Positions 25,677 to 38,900 of a DNA stretch of 64,000 nt are shown here, in pieces (the first letter of the stretch is position 1; every line of letters starts with the position of its first letter). The stretch lies in NCBI RefSeq assembly GCF_003918875.1, contig NW_025766976.1, forward strand, positions 744,001 through 808,000, written 5' to 3'. The position numbers were made by a program, and so were the translations under genes. Under the pieces are notes generated by a model that saw nothing but the letters and a program-made list of their open reading frames with translations, ran no database searches and was not told the DNA's origin. Source of the stretch: Haliotis rubra (lineage: Eukaryota).

Positions 25677-26893
25677 AACGCCCCCTGTATATATTGTGCT
25701 ACTTTCTAGACAACATAATAGATTGAGTAAAGAGCTTGTGGTGAAATATGGTGATAATTCATTATTCAATGTGCCAATAGGAAGGACTTTGGTTACCTAA
25801 TTTCAGTTAGCAAAGCAAACGGATACATGTCTAACTAGGATACGCTAAGGTTGATTTATCGGTAGCATGAATATATGTAGCTTATTGATACACGATTTCC
25901 CTTGCTACTCTCTCTGTATCGATGAAAAGTAGGACTGATCCGAGCTTCTTGTCTACTATTTCTGTGTCTGAGGGTCCCGAAGAAACCTTTGCATTCATTT
26001 CAATGTAAAAGTAGTTTGTACATGTATTTTTTAACTGTCAAATATTAGTGATGAATTATATTAGGTTTATAGGGACATAGTGATTCTCGCATGAACGAAC
26101 GAAAAATTGATTTTAATGATTGTCATTACAACTGCATGTCAACTAGTAGAATAACAGTATTTTATTTTACTAAACTATTACAAAATATTTCCGTTTTCTT
26201 TATTATTTTCCTACAAAGAATAAAACTTTAAATAACTCTCCTACGGACGGAGTAATTCCCTATAAAAGCAAAAAACAACAACACAAAGTTAAAATATAAA
26301 TGATCAAGTATAATTTAGTTCGGACTTCGAATAGATATATATCCATGAGTGAAAATATGAGCTTTGTGCATCATTTATCATGGTATAAAAATGCTATTTT
26401 ACCTTATATATATTTAGAGAATAAGACTTAGCAGTAGGTATGGCACTGAAGTTCGTACCTCCGCATCAACCGTACAATGCATGGAAAAGAATCGTGAAAC
26501 CATGTGTCCAACAGAGTACTGTCAACATTTATTATAATGAGCTGTGTGGAAAATACAGTTTGACCTACTTGCTTGGTCGTCGGCAGCTTTTTCTTTCATT
26601 CATGAATGTCGGTGGTTCTATTAACATAATCTAGCTAGTGAACGAGGCCAACATATGACTCACTCCACGTTCGGAATGACAGCGACAGAGAGTGACAATT
26701 AGCCGTGATGTAATTTGTCGGAGTGAGAAACTGCTGCATGCTAAAATATGGCAGCTACTTGGCGTCTGCTTTGATTCGGAGGAAGTGCAAGTCTGCTGAT
26801 GATGAAGATGATATCGCAGGAGGAATGCCGAGTTGCGAGATAAGACTTGACAGCTGATTGCAACTGCAGTATTCATACATATCTCCAAGCATA

Positions 26894-26904
26894 ATGGAGA
26901 AGGG
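26894..26904 (+). CDS. tentative first coding exon (MEKG) of the PP2C-like gene
   Basis: ATG GAG AAG GG|GTAGGT; the phase-2 donor matches the phase-2 acceptor at 37922; an in-frame TGA lies upstream at 26855. Confidence 0.4.
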
Positions 26905-29900
26905 GTAGGTGCCTTTGTTTATGAATCTTCAATAAGTCGTCAATCGTCTTTGTGTCATGCAGTGGCTCTCGCTATATTGACGGGGTTGTTTACAGTTGTG
27001 ATTGTCAAGGGACCTTATTATTACTTGTTTACGTGTTAGGTTTTGATATGAAACGCCTCGATATGAAAATAATCGGTGTTGAAATATTCACTGAATTGTG
27101 AGATTTAGTATGAAACCAGATACTGCAGTTGATCCCAACCCTCAAATACTCATCAGTTTTACGAGAAGGTCAGGTTTCTTCTGAGCCCATTGAGTCGATT
27201 GACATCACAGAACACTAGCATATATGGTAATAATGACACTGAAAATGCATGTGTAACAGGATACCTTTCCGCCAACATCGATCAATCACAGTCTTGATTC
27301 TGGAGTGTAAGAAGTTTGCAGTAGTGCCCAATGCTTATCTTAATGTTAGATTGCTAATGGATCCATGTTTTTATAATGTATGACTCCATGAGCTGGATTG
27401 TGTCCTGTCTAAAGTTGATTGTAGCTCATGCTGTCACTCGCTGATTGTTGGGTAGAGACCTTACTTTCTGGTTACTATGATGTAACTGGAATAGTGCTTA
27501 CTCACACATAAACAACATTCAATCATTTACTCAATGAAAAACATTCAAATTGCTGTCACCATGGCAACTTGCACAGATTTGTTTTGATGTGGTGGTGTTA
27601 CAGTCATAATAACAGGAAACTACACAAGGTTGTTTTTAGAGTTAAATTGTCATTGGAATTGTGATGTGAAAAAGAACAGGTTTGGCATACAAACTGTACA
27701 CAGTGGCTGTTACTGTTAGACTGGTGGTGCTCAGAAGAGGAAGGTTATAGTTTTATAGATTCACCGTCAACAGTTCATGGTCCACTGACCTCCTGTCCCA
27801 TTGTTCTCTGAACCACAAGACAGGCCTGCAGTGTTTTTACTTGTCAAAGTCCACAAAATGAGGGTTGGGTAGTTCAAACATGTCACTTAGTCTATAAAAT
27901 AACATTTCTATGTGCTCATTTTAGAACAAAGTCAACATTTATTTCCATTAATGGTGTATATAACATATCATCATTGTATTTATAGTAGTTTTAGAGCAAA
28001 CTGTCCACATTAGGGGTTCCTGTGCTCCATATCTAAGAGATCAAACAAGGGCCATAACTCTGATATCATGGTAATACAAAATCTCCAGTGATGTTTGTCA
28101 TTCAATATATTTGTTGATGATTTTGCCATGTCCACACAGATCATGATGCTACAGCATTGTTGTCTAGATTTCAATGTATGTCCTTGAAAACAGTTATGGT
28201 GAGACAGATTATGAATACAGGCCTGGTTTTACCTTGCCTGTTGTAGGGGACCAAAGGACCTCCAGTTTTCTATTTCCAGGTTAACTTACTGAGTAATTTG
28301 ATTTTGAGGGTCCTGTAAAGTTTTTATACTGTATGCTAGGACTGCATGGTATTGCTGGTATACTGGTATATTGCAATACGCCCTTTAAACGATACGTATT
28401 GCAATGTTTTTTTTCAGAACCGGTACATTGTGTAATAAAATATGTATATGAAGTTTTGTGATTATCTCTATGGTTTAAGTTAAAATCTACACAGACTTTC
28501 ATTCACACCGAAGTTTTCCATTGTGATTAATTGACAAAACAGCATACTTTACAAACAATGTATTTTATGGAAATGAAAATACAATCCCTCAAAATCAAAT
28601 CAACATCCGGGAATTTCTTTTATCACAACCATGAAATTTATTTTTATGGATTTTGTATGTAGAAAATATAGGCTCTGCATGTACAATCGATATCACTCAC
28701 TGTCAAACACTTTGGCTCCAATATATCGCAATACGTATCGGAATACGGGTACCAGAATCGCAAAATATTGCAAAACAATTTATGTGCCAATACACAGCCC
28801 TACTGTAGGCGATACGTTAAGATGTAATAATACATGTATATTTCTTGTCAAGAATTTGGTACAATGACTGTTATTGAGTGTGGGACATGCCGCATATTCC
28901 ATAAATCTCTATTCTAGTCATTATGCATACTTGACACACATTTTGTATCACGTAAAACCCCACATGAAAGCAAATTTGGACTAAAGAATTGAAGTTGATC
29001 TTTTCAGCAGTACCTAACCACATAAAATATATTTATCATGATCTGAGCAGTAGAAATCTTTATTTAGGAGGCAGATAGTCATCAAGCAAATGAGTAAGTT
29101 CTGCACATATTGTACAGGAATATAGATAGATAGAGGCTACTGGATCGTAAACTCAGCAGTGCACCATCTGTATTGCCAATGTAATTAAGACGATCACATT
29201 TCCCTCCATGAATTCCTCTTCAGTCATGACATTGATCATCACTCGTTTCATATTTCAGTCAGAACAGCATTTCAGCTGAATGTACCATAGCATGGTTACC
29301 CAAACTATATAGTTGTATTCCTTAAAAAAGTTGGGGTTCATGAAATGTAAATGTTGATACAAAGCATAGAAGAGATTAGTGTTTACAACACTTATTTAGT
29401 CTGTGAAACTTAACACCAAAATACAACTATTCGTAGTCTCCATGTGGGTAGGCTGTCATTCCCGATTTTGAGACTTTCAAGGAAGATTAATTAATCTATA
29501 TGGAACAATGGCTTCTGTTGATGTTATTGATTCTGCTTATTGTACAGTTGTGGTATACTTGATTTCATTCATTATTTGTGCATGAACTAGCAATCCTGTG
29601 TCTGCATCGTGCAGAACATGTATCGGCTATTGTCATAGTGGAAACAGATGCCAATACATTTAATAGTTCAAGTTCTGTGATCAGCTGAGCATGGAATAGG
29701 TACCAACAAAATTAAATGTTGGAGATCCACCTCTTCCAGGGTGTCCAAGGTGAACAACATGAATACAGGATCGATTGATGCAAAACAAGGCTCTACAAAA
29801 TCACTCTCAAACAGCAGATCAAATCTCTGCAAACTTTCATCAGGCTACTGGAGTATGAGTTACGAGTCAGATGATGAGAAGTTGTTTCCTGTTTCCAAAT

Positions 29901-32900
29901 GCAAAGCACCTGACTCTGTATTGCAGTTAAAATGATTTAGTAAGGAAGTTGAATTATGTGACAGCATTCATTTGCAAAATATGTCTGTCCATAGAAATTA
30001 GAATTGATCTTCAGGAACGATCTGCTCATAGTGAGAGGTGACTAAAGGGATGGGGTGGTGGGGCTTGCTGACTTGATTGAACCATAGAATGTCATCATGT
30101 CCCAACTGCATTGATTGATACTTATGATGTTTATCGCTGGATTGTCTGATCTGCCTCAATTATTTATTTAGACCACCTTCATAGAGCTGGAGAGCATCTG
30201 CCCGGGAGATCGGAAGGTCAGGGGTTCGATCCCCAGTCGCGTCATATCAAAAAACGTTAAAATATGGTACTTGTTGGTCCCTGCCTGGCGCTCGGCATTA
30301 ATGGGTACAACAAGGACTGGTTGGCTCGGAGTCAGTATAATTTGTCTGAGTGGGGTATTCATGCTTCACTGCGGCGTGGTATCTCAGTGTTCTAGCACTA
30401 TTAAACCAGTTTAAGTCTGGGCTAGTACAAGCAGCCACTCATACACATACACATGCACGTCGTCATATGAGCGAAATATTCTCAAGTACGACGTAAAACC
30501 CAATTTCACCTCACCTCACCTCATAGAGCTGGAAAATTGTGGAGTGAGGCATTAAACAACGAACAAACTGCATTGTCAGAATTTCTTGTGACACCATATT
30601 TGTGGTCGATATAATCATGATAAATATTATTGAAAGGGGGCGTTATAATCAGAATAACCATAAGCCCCATTTTCTGTTTCATATATTGTCGAAAAATATC
30701 GAATGATGAAGATCCAGTTTAGAATTGATCTTCAGCTGTCCATGCTTGAGGCCACTTGGGTGGTCAATCTAACTGACTTGGTTGATACATGTCATCGTGT
30801 CCCAATTGTGTTGATCAATACTCATGATGTCAATTACTGGATCGTCTGACATGCCGTGATTATTTACAGACCGCTGTCATGTAGCTGGAATATTGAGAGT
30901 GTGTGCCAGGGGCTGCACCCTGTGGGATTTTGTGTGTGTGTGTGTGCCAGTTGAAAATTTGTGCTTCATCATGTTCATTCGATTAAGTTTTTCACATCCA
31001 GTTAGCCCATGAAATGGCACAAGATCTAGAAACACTTTATTCAATTCTTTAAATTCGTTTAATATGTTTTCATAGTTTAAGAATTATCTCGTCGGTGTCA
31101 TAACTTTTGTCATCTTCATTGTCATCATCATCATCATTATGCTCACTGCTGACTAGTCTTGGGAATTGTTGAAATCTAAGAATTGATGATTCATTCATTA
31201 AAACCGTTCAATCATCGAAAAAAATTGGTTTGCGCCATTTAACTCATTTTCCTGTTATGGTTGTTAATGCACATAAAAATACACAAAGAACATGTAGTTA
31301 TTCTACTTTGCAAATTTCACATCCAACTTAATCTCTAAACGACAACTAATATGTTAGGAACATGAACTTCATGGAGTCTTTAAGATAAATTCAGTCATGA
31401 CTTGGAACGAACTTGTAGTGCTTAAGAAATGTAAATTTAACGACACAGACAAAAACAACCTTGTGAAAAATATTGTTAATGCAAACAAGTGTTCAAAAAT
31501 TGTTTGTGTTTGATTATGAGAAAACATGATCCATTGCTTGGCCGTTTAGTCACTGCGGTAAATCTTCGAGTTCAATCGATTGCAACTCCACTGTCACTGA
31601 CACTATTTTCACTTCACAACTGACATGATACCTGTAATTGCTATATCTAGAGTGTCAAGTAATATGTTTTTGACATTGTGCATGTGTATATTTACATCAG
31701 TGCCGATGGCATGGTAAAATCGTAATGGCTCATCAGTTAAAATAAGTTCCTGATGAATCATATGTTTTCTAACACTGAAATATTTCAGCTTATCTTGTGA
31801 CCATGTTTAATACATGAAGTAAGTGATAAATCAGGAATTTATCTAGTCCTGCTCAGAGGTCGATGTTTAGCCCCAAATATGCAGTATACAAAAATAGACA
31901 CACTGGAATTACAAATTTCCTAGTTCATGTTATATAGCAGTAGCCTTTGTTGTGGTCTTGTTTTAAATTGCAGTTGACATGTATTTCAGGAACCAATCTG
32001 AGCTAAAAAAGGGACAAAAATAAAATCCAGATTGCCTGCCAAGGGCAATTACAATGTAGCTGATTAGTTTGGAATGCCGAATACATCCCTGTTAATGTAT
32101 TTTTTCACAAATGAACTAACACAGTTATGAACATGTGAAAAGGCTTAATATATATGACTCACAAAATATACTTGAGAATTCAGAAGTTACCAAGCTTATT
32201 ATCAGTCGGAATAAATAGGACAGTGGAAACTTTACATTATGTTATAACTGCTTATTATCTGGGTCATGGTGAAGTGACATTCTCTGAATGGATGAATGGA
32301 TATATAGTTGGGAGCTTTCTTCAGTGCTTCAAGTGGTGTATTCCCATACTGCCCACAGTTCCAAACTGCCTACAGGTTAAAAAACATGATATGGTCCAGT
32401 GATCAGGAAGTGAATACACCAATCTGACCTGTTCTACCCCTGCTAAAATGAACTTGACTAGTTAGCTGGTTAATTCTATGGTGTCTTCCCACTCTGCCTA
32501 CAGAAGTTTAAAAATATGACAAGTGTTGTTTGGTAGGACATCTTTATTCATTCGGGGAATTCTCAGACTTTACATGGAGACATGGATTTATCATGAAAAA
32601 CTGATAGGTTTTACAGTCTTTCAGAGAAGACTCAAAACATACTATACACAGAAGTAGATGCACAGATATATACTAATATGATCCCCCTAATTATCCCTTA
32701 CTCCAAACGAAGCACCCTTCATTGATACTCGGGCTGTTCCATTATTCTACAGGGTAAAAAATCTTTTCCCACGCTGCCTACAATGTTTTTGTTGGCAGTT
32801 AGGGATGTAGGCAGTTTGGAACTGTAGGCAGTATGGGACCTAACCCCTTCAAGTTGGACCAAACATGAATCCCCAAGCCCACACGTAAACATCTCTATGG

Positions 32901-35900
32901 TGTCCTGTGGTACACTCGAAACTGAGTACATGTCTATCTCTGCATTAAACATGTTGAAGGATATGAATATATTCAGATTATAATAATTATCATGATTAAT
33001 GTATAGTTTTGTGTTACTATGGTTACCTAATGTCTTTTGACATGAACAGAATTTGGAAGTCCTTCATCACAATCAGTGTCATGCGTTATCTATATACCTA
33101 ACTAAGTAACTTGTTTGTGTGAGTGTTATTGACATGAACATTGGATTGATGTGAAAACTACAACATGTGCAGTGTTTATTGTTATGGTTATCAAATGGTT
33201 TTGTGGCATATAACCTGTTCATGTGGAATATTGTATAAAATTACAACTTGGTATTGAGGTATGGGGTTGAAACTCTATTTGTCATGTTTGCATTTACAAT
33301 GCTGGCTACATATTTCTACATGTAATTCACATCCGAATATCAACTCTATTCACTGCATGTATACATTATATTGATTGTGTTTTGATAGCTGTGGCGTATC
33401 AGCATTGATCACGGTTCACTATTGCTTCGATTCGGTTCGATGTTCGATTCATACCTTCGATTCGATTATTTTCGATTCGATTATCAAATCTAAGAAATTT
33501 TGCATAAATATATGAAAAATTTGATCCAAACTGTAATCAACCACTGTGTAAATGATTACACAACACTTTTAACTTCAACACATTTATTAAACACTTAAGT
33601 AGTGAGTCTGTAGCCCCTCAACATCAAAACAAGCTTCAAGTAACTGAAAGAACTTTGCAATTGCAAGAAAAATGTTCATTGTTGATTGTTCAGACAGTTC
33701 AACTTCACTGCTGGACCAGATCAGCAGGGATGATAATGTTTTTGGACAGAAATACCAACATGTTGACATTATCACTACTCAAAGAAGCCCTCTGGGCAGT
33801 AACAACATCCCCTGCTGTTGAGAGAAAACTCTCTCACTGGCAACACTTGTGGCAGGTGTGCTGAGGCATTGTTTGGCATACTTGGATAGCAAAGGATACT
33901 TCCCTTCTCTGACCCTCCACCAACTCAAGGGATCAGAGTCAAGATTGGCAACTTCATCCCTCTTTATACATTTGAAGTTCCAGTTCTGTTCTCTCATAGA
34001 CACTCTTACCTTCCTCCACATGGGTGACAAACACATCCCCAAAGAGATCTGATAGAGCACAACTTTCTTCTACTTCTCTTTTATTTTGGAAGGTGGTTCC
34101 TGCAGAACATCATCATCAGCAGCTTGGTCATCTGCTGCAGCAGTAGATGTTGATGGAGTTGGTTCTGTGGGAATGCTGGGAGTCTGGGTTCAGTACCATC
34201 AGTGGGCTCAGCTGGCTCAGTCTTCACCTTAACCTAAAGCACATAAACTTATTTTAACTGATTGTGTTTTGTTAATTTATCACATTATATAAATTTTCAT
34301 GATATGACAGCCACAGATAGATTTAGACTTTTAAGTGGAAGGATTCAATCAACTGCACAGAAATTGACAGAATGGAATAGTTTAACTTTTAACTTATCAT
34401 TTGTGGACTACTGGGCTATTGCCTATTTGTTAAAGTTTTATTTCATTTAATTTTATATTTATATTTATATTTCATTTTATATTTATATCCATATTTCATT
34501 TTATATTTTATATTTTATATTTATAAAAATATTTATATTTTATTTATATTTTATTGTATGTATTGCTTTTAAATGCTTTTAATAAATGTTTGATGTAGAA
34601 TATTTACTGACAGCTTTCTGTCCAATTGAGTGATAGACCTCATGCCTCTTGTGCTTGTAAGGTAAGGCAGAGCCTTAAATCTGGGGTCAAGGGCTGACGC
34701 ATGTAGCAAGAACTTCAAACACATCCTCCTTGCAATATCTAAAAACAAACATTGGGACAATGTTTTAATAATAAGTTACATAATGTGATAATATGATATT
34801 ATTCAATATTCATATGAAATATTTCAAATAATGTCAGTTCAATGTTGAACAAAGAAATTATACATGAAACTACCATTACAATAAATTCAGTAAATTTGTC
34901 AAATATTTCAAATCTCAAAAACCAAATTCAATCATTGCTAAATGATGATGAATTATAGACAGTTTCGAGTTTTGTCACATTTAGTAATTTAGAAAAAATT
35001 CATACCTTGGCTGAAGGTCATTGCTGATAGTTGATTTTAATTCTGACACCAGGTCACTGTCTTCTGGTTTGACTTGCAATTGTTTGAGCAGCATCTCCTT
35101 CAGGGGATGTATGAGAGAAACTGTAGGGTTTTTCTGGCTGCACATCAAAGTGGTGACTGTTTTCAATGGTTTCAGAACCTGGATAATTTTCTATTTTTGT
35201 AATGTCATCATCATTCAGAGTCACAAGATCTTTGACATTCCTTCTAATGTCTATGAGGGTGGCAAAGACAGCAGCTTGCTGTTCCAAATATCTTTGTAAC
35301 ATATCGTCACGCTGAGTTCCATCGCATGGGGAACATCACCTATAAGTTTTAGAGTTTTCAAGTCAAGTTTTTGCTGCATTACAGTAAGTTTGCTTGTTGC
35401 AGATGTGCTCTTGTGAAAAAGTTTACCACCCTTCTCACTCTCCCCAAAGTCTCTACTTGGTTGACTTTCAACCCACGCTGAGTGGCCAGATTAATTGTAT
35501 GTATGGAAGCAGCCAATGTGTGGTTCCAAACCAGCTTCTTTGACAGCTTTAACAATATTACTAAGCGTTGTCTGTGGTGATAGCAGGACTTCATTTTCTT
35601 GAAAGCTCCCATGCATCAATAGTCAATGACAAACTTTCAGCTAAGTTTTCTGCCGTGGCGAGGATTCACTGAATTTCTTACGTTTCTAGAGTGTAATTTT
35701 GATTGTCCAATCTCTGTCAATAAAATGCGCCCGTTACTGCAACATAGTTTTCGGTCGCCTTTGACGTCCATGCATCAGTTGTAATGGATAGTGTTTCAGC
35801 TTCTTTCAGGTGTTTTTAACTCCTCATGACTACGTTTTTCATTATTGCTGGCAGTACTGTGTTGAGAGTAATGCGGCGTAGCGAATGTAATGTGTATCTG

Positions 35901-38900
35901 GGCTCAAGCATGTGAATCATATTTTTTAAATCCCTCATTCTGAACAGTTGAGAATGGCCTCATGTCACAAGCTAAGTATCCCCGATAGCTAGAAATAGCA
36001 CCGGAATGACAAGCAGTCAATTTTACCTGTCTCATGACCTCAGTAAGTTTCATTTGCCCAGAATTTGTATTCGTTAGCCGTTTTGGTTCGCTTTTTGGGT
36101 CAGAGTTTCTTCGAAGTTTTGGTCATATCGAAGTCCGCGGTTTTCGTTTTAAATGGTTTGACAGGTTAGTTGTATTGCCTGATTTGTATGTAATATCTAC
36201 GTAACATACACGACAAGTTGCCTTATCTTTTGAATCTTTCCGAAATCCAAAATGTTGCCATACCTTTGATTTTAAGTGGCATGCCGCATCTGACAGCACC
36301 ACCGTCGTCTGCCATGCTTTCTCCGGTGACCAAGATAATTAATTCAACGAAGGGAGAGATGCACGACTATAAAGATCGTAACAATAGCCAATGAGATTAC
36401 ATGGTAGTGCCTAAATAGTATTTTGCCATGCAAAATTGGATTTCATAATAGGTGATACTAGGTTTTGAGGAGATATCACTAACATTAGACCTAATCACTA
36501 TGCATTGCAAACATTTTTGGCATTCAGTTACTGTGACGTCACAAGCAAATGACATCACTTTGATGTGACATCACTATGATGGTTGTTTTACGCCACACTC
36601 AGCAATATTCCAGCTATATGGTGGCGGTCTGTAAATAATTGACTCTGGACCAGACAAGCCAGTCATCAACAACATGAGCATCAATCTACGTAATTGGGAT
36701 ACAAAGACATGTATCATGTGTATCAACCCAGTCAGTGAGCCTGACCACCCCAGATCTAGATAACTTTTTGGGTCACTGAGTTATGTACTCGCTTGTGTTC
36801 ATCTCAATTGGGTATCCTAATTTTCCTTTGAGTAACCAAATAATTTGTACTCACCTCACTCAAACTCAATTGGGTATTTTGCCATTTTCCATTAATTTTA
36901 TAAATATAATAAAGTTTAAATGTTAGAGTTTGTTATTTATATTTTATCTGTATTATGAGAAACTGCAAGTTGTCAAGTTCATTTCCTGAAATAGAACCTC
37001 GCAGTATACCTCAGTTATTTTATCTACCCCGGGTACACAAGCTAAGATTGACATTTTTGAGTGTACGCATGTAAGATCACATTTATTGGGTATTTACAAA
37101 AATTCAAGCGTACTTGTACGCAATAGACTTAATAGTATTTGGGTTTTCACATAAATATTTGCGTAATTTACCTCTGCCACCCGATCCCGTGAGTTGCCTC
37201 TTTCAATTGGCATGGGTTACTGAAGACCATTCTAACCCGGATCTTCATGGTTCGCACCACTATTGGCAGCTTGTTAACTGTTCTTTTTACATTCAAAAGA
37301 CATGTTATAACTGTGTACATGCTGAAAAAGAATAATTTTGATGATATTGTATTTGACATGTTTATCACCCAGGGCACTTAGCTAATTAAAATCCAAAAGC
37401 GGCACATGTTAGGATACCTCAGTAAAGGCGGACGCTAATTAGAAGAGGTTTATAATAATACAGAACATTCAGTCAACAGGTATCGTTACCCATCGCAAAC
37501 ACCAACATGCTTCTGGGATAGAATATGTCCTCATCACCCCATTGCTTGTTGCAAAAGGCCACTACTAAACTGGGCAGCCTGTTCATGTTTTGGGAAGGGA
37601 GAGCAGTGGGTGCTACTGCTACATAATCCTAATGGAGGGTGCTTATTAAGGAAGGTGTGCTAAATATGTCAAATATGGTAAATAGAATTCATGCATCAAC
37701 ACAAGTTTTCTGTTTAATTTTTTACTGAATTCCATTGTGATATTTTTGCCTCTTAATCAGCTCATTTGTCATTGTTGAGCATGTTAAATTTGATCTGTGG
37801 TAAGTATGGTATTTACAAATAACTTTGCAGTGCTAGGAGTGATAGTCTTGCATTAAGTAAGATCACTTTGAAAAGATAAGGAAATCATCACTGATGTGTG
37901 ATACCATTTCTGTGATTACAGGAAAGTAAAGAAGATCAAGTTCGGCACAGACACATATCATGGCTCTTCGTACGAAGACGTGCCTCTGGTGCAGCTGGAG
38001 GAGCTGGAAGAGGAACAGTTTGCAAGCTACTCTGGACCAGACAAGGGGCTTGCATTCGTGGATGACAAGGATGAGAACAGTAGGGTCTAGCCTTATGTAC
38101 CATTCCTCAAATAACCAACCCCAGTTGGAACCATACATTCATTGCCAAAAGCATTTGACTTGACTAACCCAAACTTAATTTTGTAAATGTCCTGTTAAAT
38201 TATAACCCTTGGCTGTCATATAAGCTACCGGTAAGCTTTTTAGACTTGGTCTGCTACTTAAGCACTAGTCCAAAGCGTTAGTCTAGTGAAGTTATGTTCA
38301 TGCAAGTAAGCTCTGCTAGTAATAGTCCACATGATCTATAATAACACTAAAATCTATTGAAATCGCAGGCTATTTTTTAGCATAGATGATACATTGAGAG
38401 AAGGTTTACCAGGCTTTGAAAAAGGATACTCCATTTTATGTTCATGCTGGCTTGATCATTGTCTTGTCTGGGAGATATTGGTATTTTTATTCTAAATAAA
38501 TATATGTAACATAAAACTGAAATACTGCGAATGGGATGATAAATTTCAACTCACTTGCCCGAAATGAAAATGGAATAGTTTCGTATTGTCTTCAAACAAA
38601 TTAGAAAATAGTCAAAGTGTTAAGATGACTGTTTTCAGTAATTAGTGATATTTAGATATGCTTTTTCATACTGTTCGTGCTGTCATTATTACAATAGGCT
38701 TATGTTATTTTGACCATATGATTTCTATAATGTGTACAAATAACATTGATACATTATGCGTTTATTTTTTCGTCATTCTCTAACAATTAAATGTTTTAAT
38801 AAAGCATTCTTTTTCTTCTTAATTTGCAAAATAATTTTCCTTTCAAAATACACTTAGCAGTATATTGGAGACAGTTGTATCACAGTTACTTCTTTTAGTA

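Noticed and set aside
29741-29935. Possible extra coding exon of the PP2C-like gene
   Set aside because: It ends in a stop; the nearby phase-2 donor at 29940 would create TAG on joining to 37922; no recognisable homology.
33386-36420. Domesticated ZBED-type gene
   Set aside because: Multiple frameshifts and stops across the transposase indicate a dead element.
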